DNA of 64,000 nt from Octopus vulgaris (lineage: Eukaryota), in NCBI GenBank assembly GCA_951406725.2, contig OX597829.1, positions 38,626,001 through 38,690,000 of the forward strand. The letters are read 5' to 3'. The translations under genes were made by a program, and so were the position numbers. Under the pieces are notes generated by a model. That model was given only the letters and a program-made list of their open reading frames with translations, was not told where the DNA came from and did not search any database. Below are positions 13,065 through 25,134 of the stretch, piece after piece; position 1 is the first letter of the stretch, and each line of letters opens with the position of its first letter.

Positions 13065-13450
13065 TGTGTGTGGTAAGAAGCTTGTTTCCCAACCACATGG
13101 TTCTAGGTTCAGTCCCACTGCATGGCACCTTGGGAAAGCATCAGCATCGTCTATTATAGCCCTGAGTTGACCAAAGCCTTGTGAGTAGATATTGTAGACA
13201 GAAACTGAAAGAAGCCTGTTGTATGTATATATATATATATATAGATATAGATATATGTTTGTTCCCCCTCTGTCGCTAGACAACAGATGGTCGTGTGTTT
13301 ATGTCCCTGTAACTTAGTGGTTCGGCAAGAGAGATCAATAGAAAAAGTATTATGCTTACAAAAAAATAAGTTTCTTTAACTTAAAAATACCCTTTAAGGT
13401 GGTGCTCCAGCATGGCCACAGTAAAATAACTGAAATATCTAAAAGAAGAA
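13065..13450 (+). mobile_element. SINE family A, diverged
   Basis: Collinear match to other A copies. Confidence 0.8.
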
Positions 13451-14016
13451 AATAATACACATGCACACACATAACATAGCAGCTTATAATGTAAAAATAT
13501 ATTTGATGTTTATAACAGGCTTACAGGCTTAAAGCATCAAATTTCACTATAAAACTGAAATATCATTGATATATTTAATCAGTTGTTTCTCGGTGCTAAG
13601 CAAGTCACGTGATCATTTCACATCCACATAAAGAAGCAAGCCAATAGTTTTCTTGTAGAACACATTGCAACAATGTAATTTTCATAGCTTCATGAAAAAT
13701 ATTTTGAGAGGTGTGGGTATAATATCATCTTTTTTTTAATATATTATCCTGTCACAAATATGTGATGTTTTAATATATTCTCTCATAGAAAAATGATAAA
13801 TACGACATGCCACATGATGTTGAACTTCCAATGAATTTTGTACAATAAACAAAGTAGGAAAAAATTGTAGCAATCAGTACAAGGTTTTTGTTGCTTTTGG
13901 TTTTTCTTTTTTCTTTTTTTTTCCATTTATTCCTAATATTTCATGTAAAAATATATAATATTAAGATTTAGCAGTAATGTTTTTTGTTTTGTTTATTTAA
14001 CTGATAATAAAAGCAT

Positions 14017-14352
14017 ATAAGAAGCTTAAAGTGGTTCGGTCATCCGGCCCGGCGTCCAGAGGGTGAGCTGATTTGCGATGTCCTCCTCCCACCTCCACTT
14101 CCCAGCTGGCACAAATGCACGGGCAGGCAGCTGAAGACCTGGGCAACAACGGTAAAAGAGGACTTCTCCAAACTCTCAGGTCCGCAGGTGGTCAGTCTGC
14201 GCAGATGGAACCACGAATGGCTCACTATCTCCAGTGACCTCGCACAGGACCATCAAGCGTGGGCCGCCATGGTTCATGATGCCATTAGGACCAGAGAAGA
14301 AGCCAGCTCAACCTGCCCTGGGTGAACGCTGTCACAAGTACAAGTGCAAGTA
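14017..14352 (+). mobile_element. 3' end of an RTE-clade LINE
   Basis: Frame reads WFGHPARRPEGEL...W.KCTGRQLKTWATTVKED...DLAQDHQAW...stop; (CAAGTA)-like tail; TSD AATAAAAGCAT (14006-14016 / 14353-14363). Confidence 0.85.
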
Positions 14353-15587
14353 AATAAAAGCATGAATTTTAAGAGCAAAGCATAATGATTTTCATGTCTC
14401 TCCCAAAATGGTATTCATGCCTTTCTTCAAGCCATTAGCAAGACATAAGAATTGGTTCCAGTTTGGTTTAAGGCAGTGGATTGACAGAATCTTAAGTGCA
14501 GATTAATATACACTTAATCCTACCACTAAGGCAAACTTTTCTTTTCCCTCTTCCTAAGACAGTGAGAGAAAGAACCTGTCAAATTCTTGGGTTGATTCCT
14601 GTAATGCATCCAAGATGTGAATAGAATTATAACAGAAAGAAGACAGCTTCCAAAATCACGACACTCATTTCAATAATCAGAATGGTTTATTTTTGGCTAC
14701 AGAACTACACAATAGAATCAAATTTTGCCAATTGAATTGATCTCAGTACATTGCGAGTATTTCTTATATTGATCTTCTGAAGAATGGAAACTAAAATGAA
14801 ACCATGGAGTTATATCATCATCATTTAACATCCATATTCCATGGGTATTATCTATTCCATGCTGGCATGGGTTGGATGGTCTAACAGAATCTGTCAACCC
14901 TGAAGATTGTGTTGAGCTTCGGCATCATCTTTGGCATGGTTTTCATAGTTAGATGGCTTTCCTGATGCCAACTATTTTACGCAGTCTAGTGGGTGCTTTT
15001 TTCATGCCACTTGCATTACTGGAGTCCCCTCTTAATTCAAGTCTCCTGACTAACATTACTGTCAGTGGGTTTGGGAGTTTCCTATAGGGAATTGTGTCAA
15101 TAGGGTAAGTGGCTGAAATTTCACATTCCATCAGCTAAAAGATCATTGTTTGAAATTTATTACAAATGCACACGTTTGGGTGTGTGTGTATGTGTGTGTT
15201 TTCTGGACAACAGAAATTGTTAGTTGTAGACAGCTGTCATTCATTAGCTAGCATGACAGGACAAATAGGGATAAAAAGAAATAAGCATGACATCCTTATT
15301 GGGAAACTTATTTGTAAAGGTGTATCATCCATTCCAGGAGTTATTTATATACCATATGCTTAACATTGCAAAAAGCTGGAGAGGGGACCCTGCATGCACT
15401 ACACTAATCCTTTGAATTTGTGATTCATAAAATTGAGAATCTACTCTTCATAATCTATTTCTTTACTACCCACAAGGGGCTAAACACAGAGGGGACAAAC
15501 AAAGACAGACAGACGGATTAAGTCAATTATATCGACCTCAGTGTGTAACTGGTACTTAATTTATCGACCCCTAAAGGATGAAAGGCA

Positions 15588-16343
15588 CAGGTGGTAGTTT
15601 CCCATATATTTGTTATATGGTAAGTAGCTTGTTTACCAACCACATGGTTCCGGGTTCAGTCCCACTGTGTGGCACCTTGGGCAGGTGTCTTCTACTATAG
15701 CCTCGGGCCAACCAGAGCCTTGTGAGTGGATTTGGTAGATGGAAACTGAAAGAAGCCCGTCGTGTTTATGTATATATATGTATGTGTGTGTGTGTTTGTC
15801 CCCCTAGCATTGCTTGACAACCGATGCTGGTGTGTTTATGTCCCCGTCACTTAGCGGTTCGGCAAAAGAGACCGATAGAATAAATACTGGAACCTACACT
15901 CGCCTCCTTATGAGAGCTCAAAATCTCTCGTGGAAATGCCATCCAACCAAAATGCAAATATATGGGAAACTACCACCTGTGTCATCTCTTGTGAAAGGTA
16001 GAAGAGTCCAGTTTGCTGGAGATTGTTGTAGAGCTGAAAAAGAGGTAATTTCTACTCTTCTCCTCTAGAAGCCATCTACTCGCAATACCAGAGGGCGCAC
16101 ACTCTCCTACCCTGATGTAATCTCCAGGTATACAGGCATCCAGCAACAGGACCTCCGTAATGCCATGATGGACCGTGAAGTCTGGCGTAGCATGGTAAAT
16201 TCCATTGTCTCGACCACGGTCGAACAATGATGATGATGACAAAGAATAAGTCTCGGGGTCGAGTCGCTCAATTAAAGGCGGTGCACCAGCATGGCCGCAG
16301 TCAAAATGACTGAAACAAGTAAAAAGAGAATAAGGGAAAAGAG
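15588..16343 (+). mobile_element. SINE family A nested in SINE B and itself interrupted by a LINE fragment
   Basis: A body runs to 15890 and resumes at 16240 (CAAAGAATAAG). Confidence 0.85.
15889..16239 (+). mobile_element. 3' end of an RTE/RTE-X-like LINE
   Basis: Frame GTYTRLLMRAQNLSWKCHPTK..IYG.LPP.S..VKGRRVQFAG.C.RA...MMDREVWR; (TGA)n tail. Confidence 0.8.
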
Positions 16344-17396
16344 AAAGTCAATCTCGGCAGCATTTGAACTCAGAACATAACAGCAGATGAAATACTGCTA
16401 AGCATTTCGCCAGACGTGCTAACGTTTCTGCCAGCTCGCCACCCTATAATCTGTGACTTGGAGAATGAAGAAAATGATAGTTTGAGGCTATAAAGATATA
16501 AAAAGCAAAAATGAGTATAGAGGCCTTTACATGGTCAGTCAACCTTTTAGAAATAACACCCAAATTTCACTTTCATCACAGCCTAGAATCTTATCAGAAA
16601 GGGAAGACTACATTGTACAATGTAGTCTTAGATATATCATATCTGAGAAACATGCACGATGACCACAGCTGAAACACCTTTGACTATAGGTCTTGTAAAA
16701 CAAGGTTGTCTTGGGGACTAAACCACAACTTAAAATTAAAGCTAATCAAGAGACCCTCTACATCAATCATGAGCAAAGTGGTGCTTGCAGGACTTTCTGA
16801 ATGGCATACCTGATGAAAAATTACCTTGGGTATTTTTAGTGGTGCAGCCTACTTGATGATGAGCCATGTCTCTGCTTCTCAAAGTAAGTTGCCCGTGCCT
16901 GCTCTACATGACTGCCAAATTTCGCTTAAATAACACCTTAATCTAGGGTATTTAATTCCTTGGATAAAAAAAAATAGACTGAATGGTCTTGGCTGGTATG
17001 CCTTTGATCATTGATTGAATCAGGTCTGAGTGGAGCTAAAGAATAACAAAAATTTTAAAGGAACAAAAAGAAATTCTAATTTCTAATATCTTAAACTATT
17101 CTAATATTTTGCTATTTTCTAAATATAAAATATTATTATTAAAAGCTTGAAAACTGATGGAATCATTTGTTACCATTTCTTCCTCTTCTACTAACCACAT
17201 CATTCATTTCTGAAGCTGACAGAATACTGAAGAGCATTAGCAAAAGCTAAAATCCCAAATCAAAATACCATTAACAAATGTCAAATATGTCCAAAATATT
17301 TTTATTATACTTTAGAATAATTTAAGCCTGCTTATAGAATAATGTTCATGTTTACTTTTTCTGTAATATTTATGTTCTTATATCTATATTCATATA

Positions 17397-17820
17397 TCAT
17401 CATCATCGTTTAACGTCCGTTTTCCATGCTAGCACAGGTTGGACGGTTCAACCGGGGTCTGGGAAGCTGGTAGGCTGCACCAGGCTCCAGTGTGATCTGG
17501 CAGTGTTTCTACAGCTGGATGCCCTCTCTAACGCCAACCACTCCGTGAGTGTAGTGTGTGCCTTTTACATGCCACCGTGAGTGTAGTGGGTACTTTTTAC
17601 AAGCCAGGTGCCAGAGGAGGCTGGCAACGGCCACGATTGTTTGGTGCTTTTTACGTGCCACCAGCACAGAAGCCAGTCAAGGCAGCACTGGCATCAGCCA
17701 TGTTCGGATGGTGCTTTTTGCATGCCACCGACACAGGTATCACAACTACAATTTCCATTTGATATTTATTTTGATGTTGATGTACTTGACTCAGTAAGGT
17801 CTCCTCAAGCACACCAGGTC
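17397..17820 (-). mobile_element. Repeat family C ((GAT)n-tailed retroposon)
   Basis: Reverse complement of GGTTGGCGTTAG..GGGCATCCAGCTGTAGAAAC...GCTAGCATGGAAAACGGACGTTAAACGATGATG. Confidence 0.85.
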
Positions 17821-18180
17821 AGACCTATATGTAGTACTACATATAATGCATACACATCTGTATGACTACATAAATTTGTTTAAAGCCATTTTTCTATGAT
17901 AGCATAAGTCAGACCAATATTTATTTGAGGCAATTTATATATGCTTCGATACTCTTTCTGTCTATAAATCTTCCCTGTTTTACAAGTAAAGGAGTTTTTA
18001 TTCCACGACTTCAGGAATGCAGAATGTCATGATGTATTATTCACTAGGAATGTAAACACACCCAATTTCCCAGCATACAAGTCACATGTAGCATATAGTG
18101 TAAACATGCAGTGTGAACATCCAAATCCTGTTGCATTTCACCTGAAATATCTAGCCTTTCAATGTTGTCTTGGTATATAA

Positions 18181-18395
18181 GGCGGCGAGCTGGCAGAAAC
18201 GTTAGCATGCCGGGCGAAATGCTTAGCGGTATTTCGTCTGCGTTACGTTGTGAGTTCAAATTCCGCCGAGGTCGACTTTGCCTTTCATCCTTTCGGGGTC
18301 AATTACGCACTGGGGTCGATGTAATCGACTTAATACCTATGTCTGTCCTTGTTTGTCCCTTCTGTTTAGCCCCTTGTGGGTAATAAAGAAATAGG
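18181..18395 (+). mobile_element. SINE family B (MetaSINE-like)
   Basis: GGCGGCGAGCTGGCAGAAACGTTAGC head, B-box GAGTTCAAATTCC, Meta-like GCCTTTCATCCTTTCGGGGTC; flanking TATAAG duplication. Confidence 0.9.
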
Positions 18396-18866
18396 AATAT
18401 AAGCTGAACCACTTTTTTGGTTGTAAATTTTGATCTGAAAAAGAAAAAAATTCAACTTATATACCTGAAAATATAGTAACGCCTTTTCTTCTTTCACACA
18501 AAAACTGAAATGACAATTTTTGCACTCACAAACATTCAGGCTTCTGTGAGGCTTTTATCTATCAATTTCACTTACAAGGCATTGCTTGGTCTGAAATGAA
18601 AGACGACATTTGGTCAGATGGCATACAGTAGGACTGAACCAAAGACCATGTAATTGCAAAGCAAAATTTTTCAACTATGCACTCATACCTGTATCTACCT
18701 GTATATTTATTTCTATAAGGTGGTACATTGATAAAATTATTAGAGCACTGGATAAAATACCTTGTGGTATTCTGCTCCCTTGAACACAATTCATATTTTG
18801 CTAAATTCAACTTTGTCTCTCTTTTTAATTTGATAGAGTACCAGTTTAGTACTAAAGTGAGTGATG

Positions 18867-18928
<62 letters not shown>

Positions 18929-18932
<4 letters not shown>

Positions 18933-19286
18933 GGATGAATGAATTATCCTTTGTTTACCGTTAACATGGAAAATTCAATAAACAGTTACCAGGGTAGCAA
19001 AATTCACGCAAGTAACACGGATGTAGTGACCTATTCAAAGGTAGAAACTGCAGGTTAATGTGCAGTAATTTGTGTAGTTTAAGTAAATAAATGGAGTTGA
19101 ACGCAGGTGTTATTCAAATTCTTTTACTTTCGACATATGTTTCGAAGACAACATTGGTTTTATTCCAAAGGAATAAACGGTGTAAAATGCAATCTTCTCA
19201 TCAGGAAGGAAGAGAACCTATCGAAACATATGTCGAAAGTAAAAGAATTTGAATAGCATCTGCATTCAACTCCATTTATTTACTTT
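18929..19286 (-). mobile_element. Penelope-like fragment with inverted end duplication, inside (TA)n
   Basis: ~65 bp inverted repeat (19081-19145 / 19221-19285) overlapping a hammerhead motif; (TA)n on both flanks. Confidence 0.65.
19127..19209 (-). ncRNA. Type I hammerhead ribozyme
   Basis: UUC-CUGAUGA-GAAGA[stem II]UCUUC-GAAAC-AUAU-GUC^GAA: intact core, palindromic stem III loop. Confidence 0.8.
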
Positions 19287-19404
19287 ATATATATATATAT
19301 ATATATATAATTCAACTTTGTCATTTATATCACACTAATTTGGCTTGAGAATTCTGTTGAGGTTATATAATTGAGTTAGACATTGAGTATTCTAGACTAT
19401 TCGG

Positions 19405-19469
19405 TGAATATAACATGCTAGGCACTGAGTATTCTGGAAGAATACTCAGTGCCTAACATGTTAAATTCA
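19405..19469. repeat. Near-perfect ~30 bp hairpin
   Basis: TGAATATAACATGCTAGGCACTGAGTATTCT-GGA-AGAATACTCAGTGCCTAACATGTTAAATTCA. Confidence 0.85.
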
Positions 19470-20262
19470 TGAGTAGGAATTTAGTTGGTTCAGCAACTTA
19501 TGATCACAATAAAACCAGGTATTTTTTTATATATTCTTACTACTCTTTCTCTCTCTCTCTCAACATAGACATATATGCATTTCGTGTTGATTTTTGGTAC
19601 CATAGAGATTAATATTTTATGTTGGATAAAGCAGAAAATTAGCAGAATCCTTATAACCCTTGATAAAATCCTTAGCAGCATTTTGTTCATCTTTACATGC
19701 TGAATTCAAATTCCACTAAGGTCAACCTTGTCTTTTATCCCTTTCAGTGTTGATGAAATAAGTACCAGTTAAGTTCTGGGATCGATCTAATCAGCCAACT
19801 CCTCCCCCGAAATTGCTGGCCTTGTGCCAAAACTTGATAACAATATTTTATATTGTGTTGTATATATATATATATCTGTTTGTGTGTCTGTGTTTGTCCC
19901 ACCCCCCCTTGCTTGACAATCAATGCTGGTGTGTTTATGTCCCCGTCACTTAGCAGTTTGGCAAAAGAGAATGATAGAATAAATACTGGCTTACAAAGAA
20001 TAAAGTCCTGGGGCCGATTTGTTCAACGAAAGGCAGTGCTCCAGCATGGCCACAGTCAAATGACTGAAACAAATAAAAGAATATATAATTATGTAGTTCA
20101 GACTCTCTGTCTAAATACTAATATATACACTCATATTTGTATATCTACAAACCAATGTATCAATGTTCTATATATCTATCTACACACCGATATATTTTCA
20201 TGTCTTATATTGATTCTGTGCTATTCAATGTTAATTAAATTCTTTTATTGCTGTTCTTTCAG

Positions 20263-20346
20263 ACAATCGGACCGTGGCTAGCTTGATTGAACAATATGAT
20301 GCAGAGAATAAAAAGTACACAGTCACCCACCAGGAAAAGAAACAAA
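20263..20346 (+). CDS. Candidate internal coding exon (84 nt) of an unidentified gene
   Basis: Pyrimidine-rich acceptor CTGTTCTTTCAG, donor GTAAGA, length a multiple of 3, single open frame xNRTVASLIEQYDAENKKYTVTHQEKKQ. Confidence 0.4.
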
Positions 20347-20389
20347 GTAAGAATTTTATATATATATATATTCTTTTTTTTTTTTTACA

Positions 20390-20625
20390 CTTTCTGTTTA
20401 TTACACAAGATAACATCTGTTCTGTTCATTTTGTTGTGCAAGATAACATCTAGCCTGTTCACTTTGTGTTTATTGTACAAAGTAACGTCTGGCCTATTCA
20501 TTTTTATGTTTATGGTACATGATCATAGCTAGTGTGTTCATTTTTGTACAAGGTACCATCTGGTTCACTTTGTGTTTATTGTACAAGATGACCTTTAGTG
20601 TGTTCACCTCGTGTTTATTGCACAA
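20390..20625. repeat. Degenerate ~35-39 bp tandem repeat
   Basis: Recurring GTTCACTTTGTGTTTATTGTACAAGATAACATCT-like units. Confidence 0.7.
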
Positions 20626-20654
20626 CATTTGAGCTGTTGGTGCTTTTTATGTGC

Positions 20655-20853
20655 CACCTGGCACCTGTGCAGGTGGCATGTAAAAAGCACCCACTACACT
20701 CACGGAGTGGTTGGCGTTAGGAAGGGCTTCCAGCTGTAGAAACACTGCCAGATCAGACTGGAGCCTGGTGCAGCCTTCTGGCTCCCAGATCCCCGGTCGA
20801 ACCGTCCAACTCATGCTAGCATGGAGAACCGACGTTAAACGATGATGATGATG
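20655..20853 (+). mobile_element. Repeat family C 3' part
   Basis: GGTGGCATGTAAAAAGCACCCACTACACTC...GGTTGGCGTTAGGAAGGG...(GAT)n. Confidence 0.85.
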
Positions 20854-21180
20854 AACAATGGTACTACTGCATCAATCAAATCAGTTGTGGGCAAGCTACA
20901 GGCTATGTAACTTTCTAAGTAGCATGCCTAATATAAAATTACCTCAGTTTTTTTGCAGAGCAGCTCACCTGATGAGCCATGTCTGGTGTTGTCTACATCT
21001 TGAAAAAGTTACTGCTGCTGAATTAAGCATTTGATGTTTAGTCACTTGGTGTAGGCTAGTGGTGGTGCACCTATAGCATACATATCCACAGTGACAAACT
21101 GTAGACTTTTAGGTGATACATGATAAACTTTGGGAAGAAAAATTATCTCCGATGTATCATGTTGTAACAAAAATATATTT

Positions 21181-21500
21181 ACAAATATTGTTGTATTTAG
21201 GAATGGTCATTTTGCCAGTTTAGCCAATAAAAATACATGCACTGTATATTTGGTGTTACTTTGCTTCAGCGTTATTTATTTTTTACATTAATCTTACAAA
21301 GGACCACTGATGCGGTCACAGGAGTGTGACGAAAGAACTCAGGCCGAAATAAGATTAATGTAAAAAATAAATAACGCTGAAGCAAAGTAACACCAAATAT
21401 ATAGTGCGTGTGTTTTTATTGGCTAAACTGGCAATATGACCATTCCGAAATATAATAATATCTGTTTCAACACACGATTTCACATCAAAAATCTTGCAAA
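21181..21500 (+). mobile_element. Foldback element (~115 bp arms) with a degenerate hammerhead-like centre; Penelope-like
   Basis: Arms 21181-21296 / 21350-21465; spacer CUGAUGCG-GUCAC-AGGAGU-GUGAC-GAAA. Confidence 0.6.
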
Positions 21501-22061
21501 ACAAATATATATTTACAAACATTTACCTAAAACTAAAGCACTTGTATTCACACAAGTAACATCCCAAAAGAACAAAATAAAGAAAGAAATTGACATTTCA
21601 ACATGCCATGGTAAAATGGTTTATCATCACTGTTCTTGTAGATACGACATGAAAATGGTAAATATAAGACTGAAGTTGTTGTGTACCTAGCTTTAGTTTC
21701 ATGGTAATAAGAAAATGATAGATAGATATATGGTATCTTAATAGGAACTGGTTGACTACTATCACAAGTATTATTGCTCATATGGTTTTGATTTTTTTTT
21801 TCCCCTTTACAGTTTTGATAAACTGAGGTAGTGCAAAATCAGAATTAGTTGTCGTGTCTTAAGTAAATAAAAACAATAAAATGCTTTCAGTGAATTTCAT
21901 CTCAATCAATGAAGCAACAGTATAATGCTTAATCTGTTTCTTTCATTTCAACATCAATAACCACTAGATCCAAGCAGTGTGCCACCTTGCACATTCCCCC
22001 ACTTTAATTGTAGCAATTGTGACTGTGGCAACGCATATATACATGAGGGGGTTTTTTTCTT

Positions 22062-22094
<33 letters not shown>

Positions 22095-22379
22095 CACTCC
22101 CTTCAGCTTTTTTAGGTGTTTCGCTTCCTGTTTTTTTCACACTCATGCGAGAAAAAGAACTATTGTTTGCATCAGTCTGCCTGATTGCCAATAATTTCTG
22201 CTTCTGATACACAGTTGAGTGATTAACTGTACAAAGAGCACTCAGCTGCAAAATCCATAAACCACAACAAAAGAAATGGGAAAGAGAGAAAAACTATTCC
22301 ACCCATATAAATATGAAAACCTGGACATATTATTAATACAGCAAGAAGAAAAACAAAAATGAGCAGTCATTTTCATTCC

Positions 22380-22418
<39 letters not shown>

Positions 22419-22466
22419 TCTATCTCCCCTCCTCCTCTCTCTCCCTTCCTCATCTCTCTCCCTTCC

Positions 22467-22860
22467 TCATCTCTCTCCCATCCTCCTCTTCTCTCCCATC
22501 CTCCTCTTCTCTCCCATCCTCCTCCTCTCTCCCATCCTCCTCCTCTCTCCCATCCTCCTCCTCTCTCCCATCCTCCTCTTCTCTCCCATCCTCCTCCTCT
22601 CTCCCATCCTCCTCTTCTCTCCCATCCTCCTCTTCTCTCCCATCCTCCTCTTCTCTCCCATCCTCCTCTTCTCTCCCATCCTCCTCTTCTCTCCCATCCT
22701 CCTCTTCTCTCCCATCCTCCTCTTCTCTCCCATCCTCCTCTTCTTTTCCATCCTCCTCTTCTCTCCCATCCTCCTCTTCTCTTCCATCCTCCTCTTCTCT
22801 TCCATCCTCCTCTTTTCTCCCATCCTCCTCTTTTCTCCCATCCTCCTCTTCTCCCATCCT
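22467..22860. repeat. 18 bp pyrimidine-rich minisatellite (CCCATCCTCCTCTTCTCT)n
   Basis: About 21 near-perfect units. Confidence 0.95.
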
Positions 22861-23289
22861 CCTCTCTTCCCTCCTCCTCTTCTCTCCCCTCCTCCTCTCT
22901 TCCCTCCTCCTCTTCTCTCCCCTCCTCCTCTCTCTCCTCTCCCCTCCCCTCCTCTTCTCTTTTTCAGTTGTTCTTTCTCATACATACTCAGACACACACA
23001 TGCACATATTCTTGTTCACATGCACCTTCACTCACACAGTCATACATATATTTGCACAAGCATACCCACTCATTCTTTAGCTCTGATTCACTCTCTTTCT
23101 CTCTCTCTTTCTCTCTCTCTCTCCTTAAATCGATTGATCAATTGATCACACATTCTTGCAGTGACTTCCACATTTCCATGCACACACAGACAGTAAAGAG
23201 ACACACACACATACACACACACATGTAATCAAATGAAGTAATTAAAACCAGACTAATTTCTTATTTATTCTCTCACCATATATTAATTA

Positions 23290-23810
23290 TATTATGAAGC
23301 AGTTATGAGGCGGGAGGAATATAAAAGACAAGAAGTTGGTTCTTAGATTTGTCGACCTTGAGAAAGCTTTTAATAGGGTTCCGCATGGGGTGGTAAAAAG
23401 GACATTTGGTTGAGTAGGAATGGAAGTATAGTTGGCTAGGTTAGTGGCGGTGATGTATGAGAGAGGGTGCATACAATTGTTAAGGATTAGAATAGTTGAC
23501 TTTGAAATAAAGGTTGGATCTGAACAAGAGTCAATATAAAGACCACTACTATTTGTAGTTGTAATGGTGGTGGAAACATAAAAGAGGTTTTCTGTACACA
23601 GATGGTCTTGTTTTAATAGCAGATACTATGAAGTGAAGGAAGAGGCTGGAAATAGGTGAAAGGATTCAGAAGTGAATGACTTGAATGTGAATATTAAAGA
23701 CAAAGGTGTATATATGGCAAGGATTAAAATATATGGTAGGGTGCAGAAGAACAGAAGTGGCCATGTGCAGTGTGCAGTGGAGATGTGCTGGAGTAAATTC
23801 CATTAAATGT
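23290..23810 (+). mobile_element. Degenerate RTE LINE reverse-transcriptase fragment
   Basis: FVDLEKAFNRVP motif near 23348 and KWPCAVC...NSI motif near 23755, with stops and frameshifts. Confidence 0.75.
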
Positions 23811-24464
23811 ACATTATTCTTTGGGTAGGTTCAACACAAATTCATCATCAAACAGTCCAACGATGGCTTAAATTGGCTGAAATTTTGAAGTCACTGTTAA
23901 TAAATATTTGTTTTCACACAAAAGTGGTAAATAAACAATGTAACTTGTGTGGTGGTGTCCATTTTCAACCGTCACAACTTCAAGGCAAGGTTACACTCAC
24001 ACACACACATCAAATGGGTTTGTTTCAGTTTCAATCTATTCTGCCACCAAATCCACTCAGATCTTTGGTTAGCTCATTGACATAGCAGGAAACACTTGCT
24101 CAAGGTACCATCCTGTGAGATTGAACCCAAAACTATGTAATTCTGAAACAAACTTCTTAACCACACACACACACACAAAGGGGGAAAAAACAGAATCCTT
24201 GAGATATTTGTTCTGCACCAAGTTGCAGATACTCCCTTGTTGCTGTCGCCAACAGAAATGTAGCAAGCGATTGGCTTGTTGTAACCAATGAAGATGATGT
24301 TTGCCAATATAGATATAAGATGAATAAAGTGTCAGGTTTATTATCTGGCACTAAAGTAACTTTTCTAAACTGACTAAGACAGAGAGGAAGAGAGATAGTA
24401 ATGGAGCAGGAAGTGATGGTTGTTTATGACAGATTAATAATTCTTTGTTTTTTATATATATATA

Positions 24465-24837
24465 TAGGTGTAGAAGTGACTGTGTGGTAAGTAGCTTGCT
24501 TATGAACCACATGGTTCCAGGTTCAGTCCCACTGCATGGCACCTTGGGCAAAGCCTTGTGAGTGGATTTGGTAGATGGAAACTGAAAGAAGCCCATCGTA
24601 TATATATATGTATGTATGTGTGTGTATATGTTTGTGTGTCTGTGTTTGTCCCCCCCAACGTCGCTTGACAACCGATGATGGTGTGTTTACGACCCCGTAA
24701 CTTAGCTGTTCGGCAAAAGAGACCGATAGAATTAGTACTAGGCTTACAAAGAATAAGTCCTCGGGTTGACTTGCTCGACTAAAGGCGGTGCTCCAGTATG
24801 GTCGCAGCCAAACGACTGAAACAAATAAGAGTAAAAG

Positions 24838-24840
<3 letters not shown>
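24465..24840 (+). mobile_element. SINE family A
   Basis: Collinear match with an internal deletion. Confidence 0.9.
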
Positions 24841-24878
<38 letters not shown>

Positions 24879-25088
24879 AATATACATATATATTAGATAT
24901 TTCTTTCAACTGATATATTTGTTTTCTTCTAGCTCACAACTAAAGGTTGTTATTGTATCTAAATACTGTCTTCAGTGACTCCAGTTTGAACTTAGGTAGC
25001 AGTATTACTATGTTTTCTCAGACCAATCAGGAGTTAGTGAAAAAAGTAAAACAAAAATTTACATATTTTTATATAAGCTTGTAGTAAC

Positions 25089-25134
<46 letters not shown>

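Larger units (their letters stand above)
15453..16443 (-). mobile_element. SINE family B split by nested insertions
   Basis: 3' half at 15453-15587, 5' half at 16344-16443. Confidence 0.85.

Noticed and set aside
20969-21010. CTGATGAGCCATGTCTGGT as a hammerhead
   Set aside because: No GAAA directly after the stem and no stem I or III; likewise for other isolated CTGATGA hits (3829 minus, 9412, 16810)
21964-22245. Minus-strand acceptor and open frame LSALCTVNHSTVYQKQK...
   Set aside because: No convincing donor; runs into poly(A); unrecognised peptide
22359-23228. 289 aa SHPPLL-repeat ORF and its EEDGR antisense ORFs
   Set aside because: Products of an 18 bp minisatellite; no coding context
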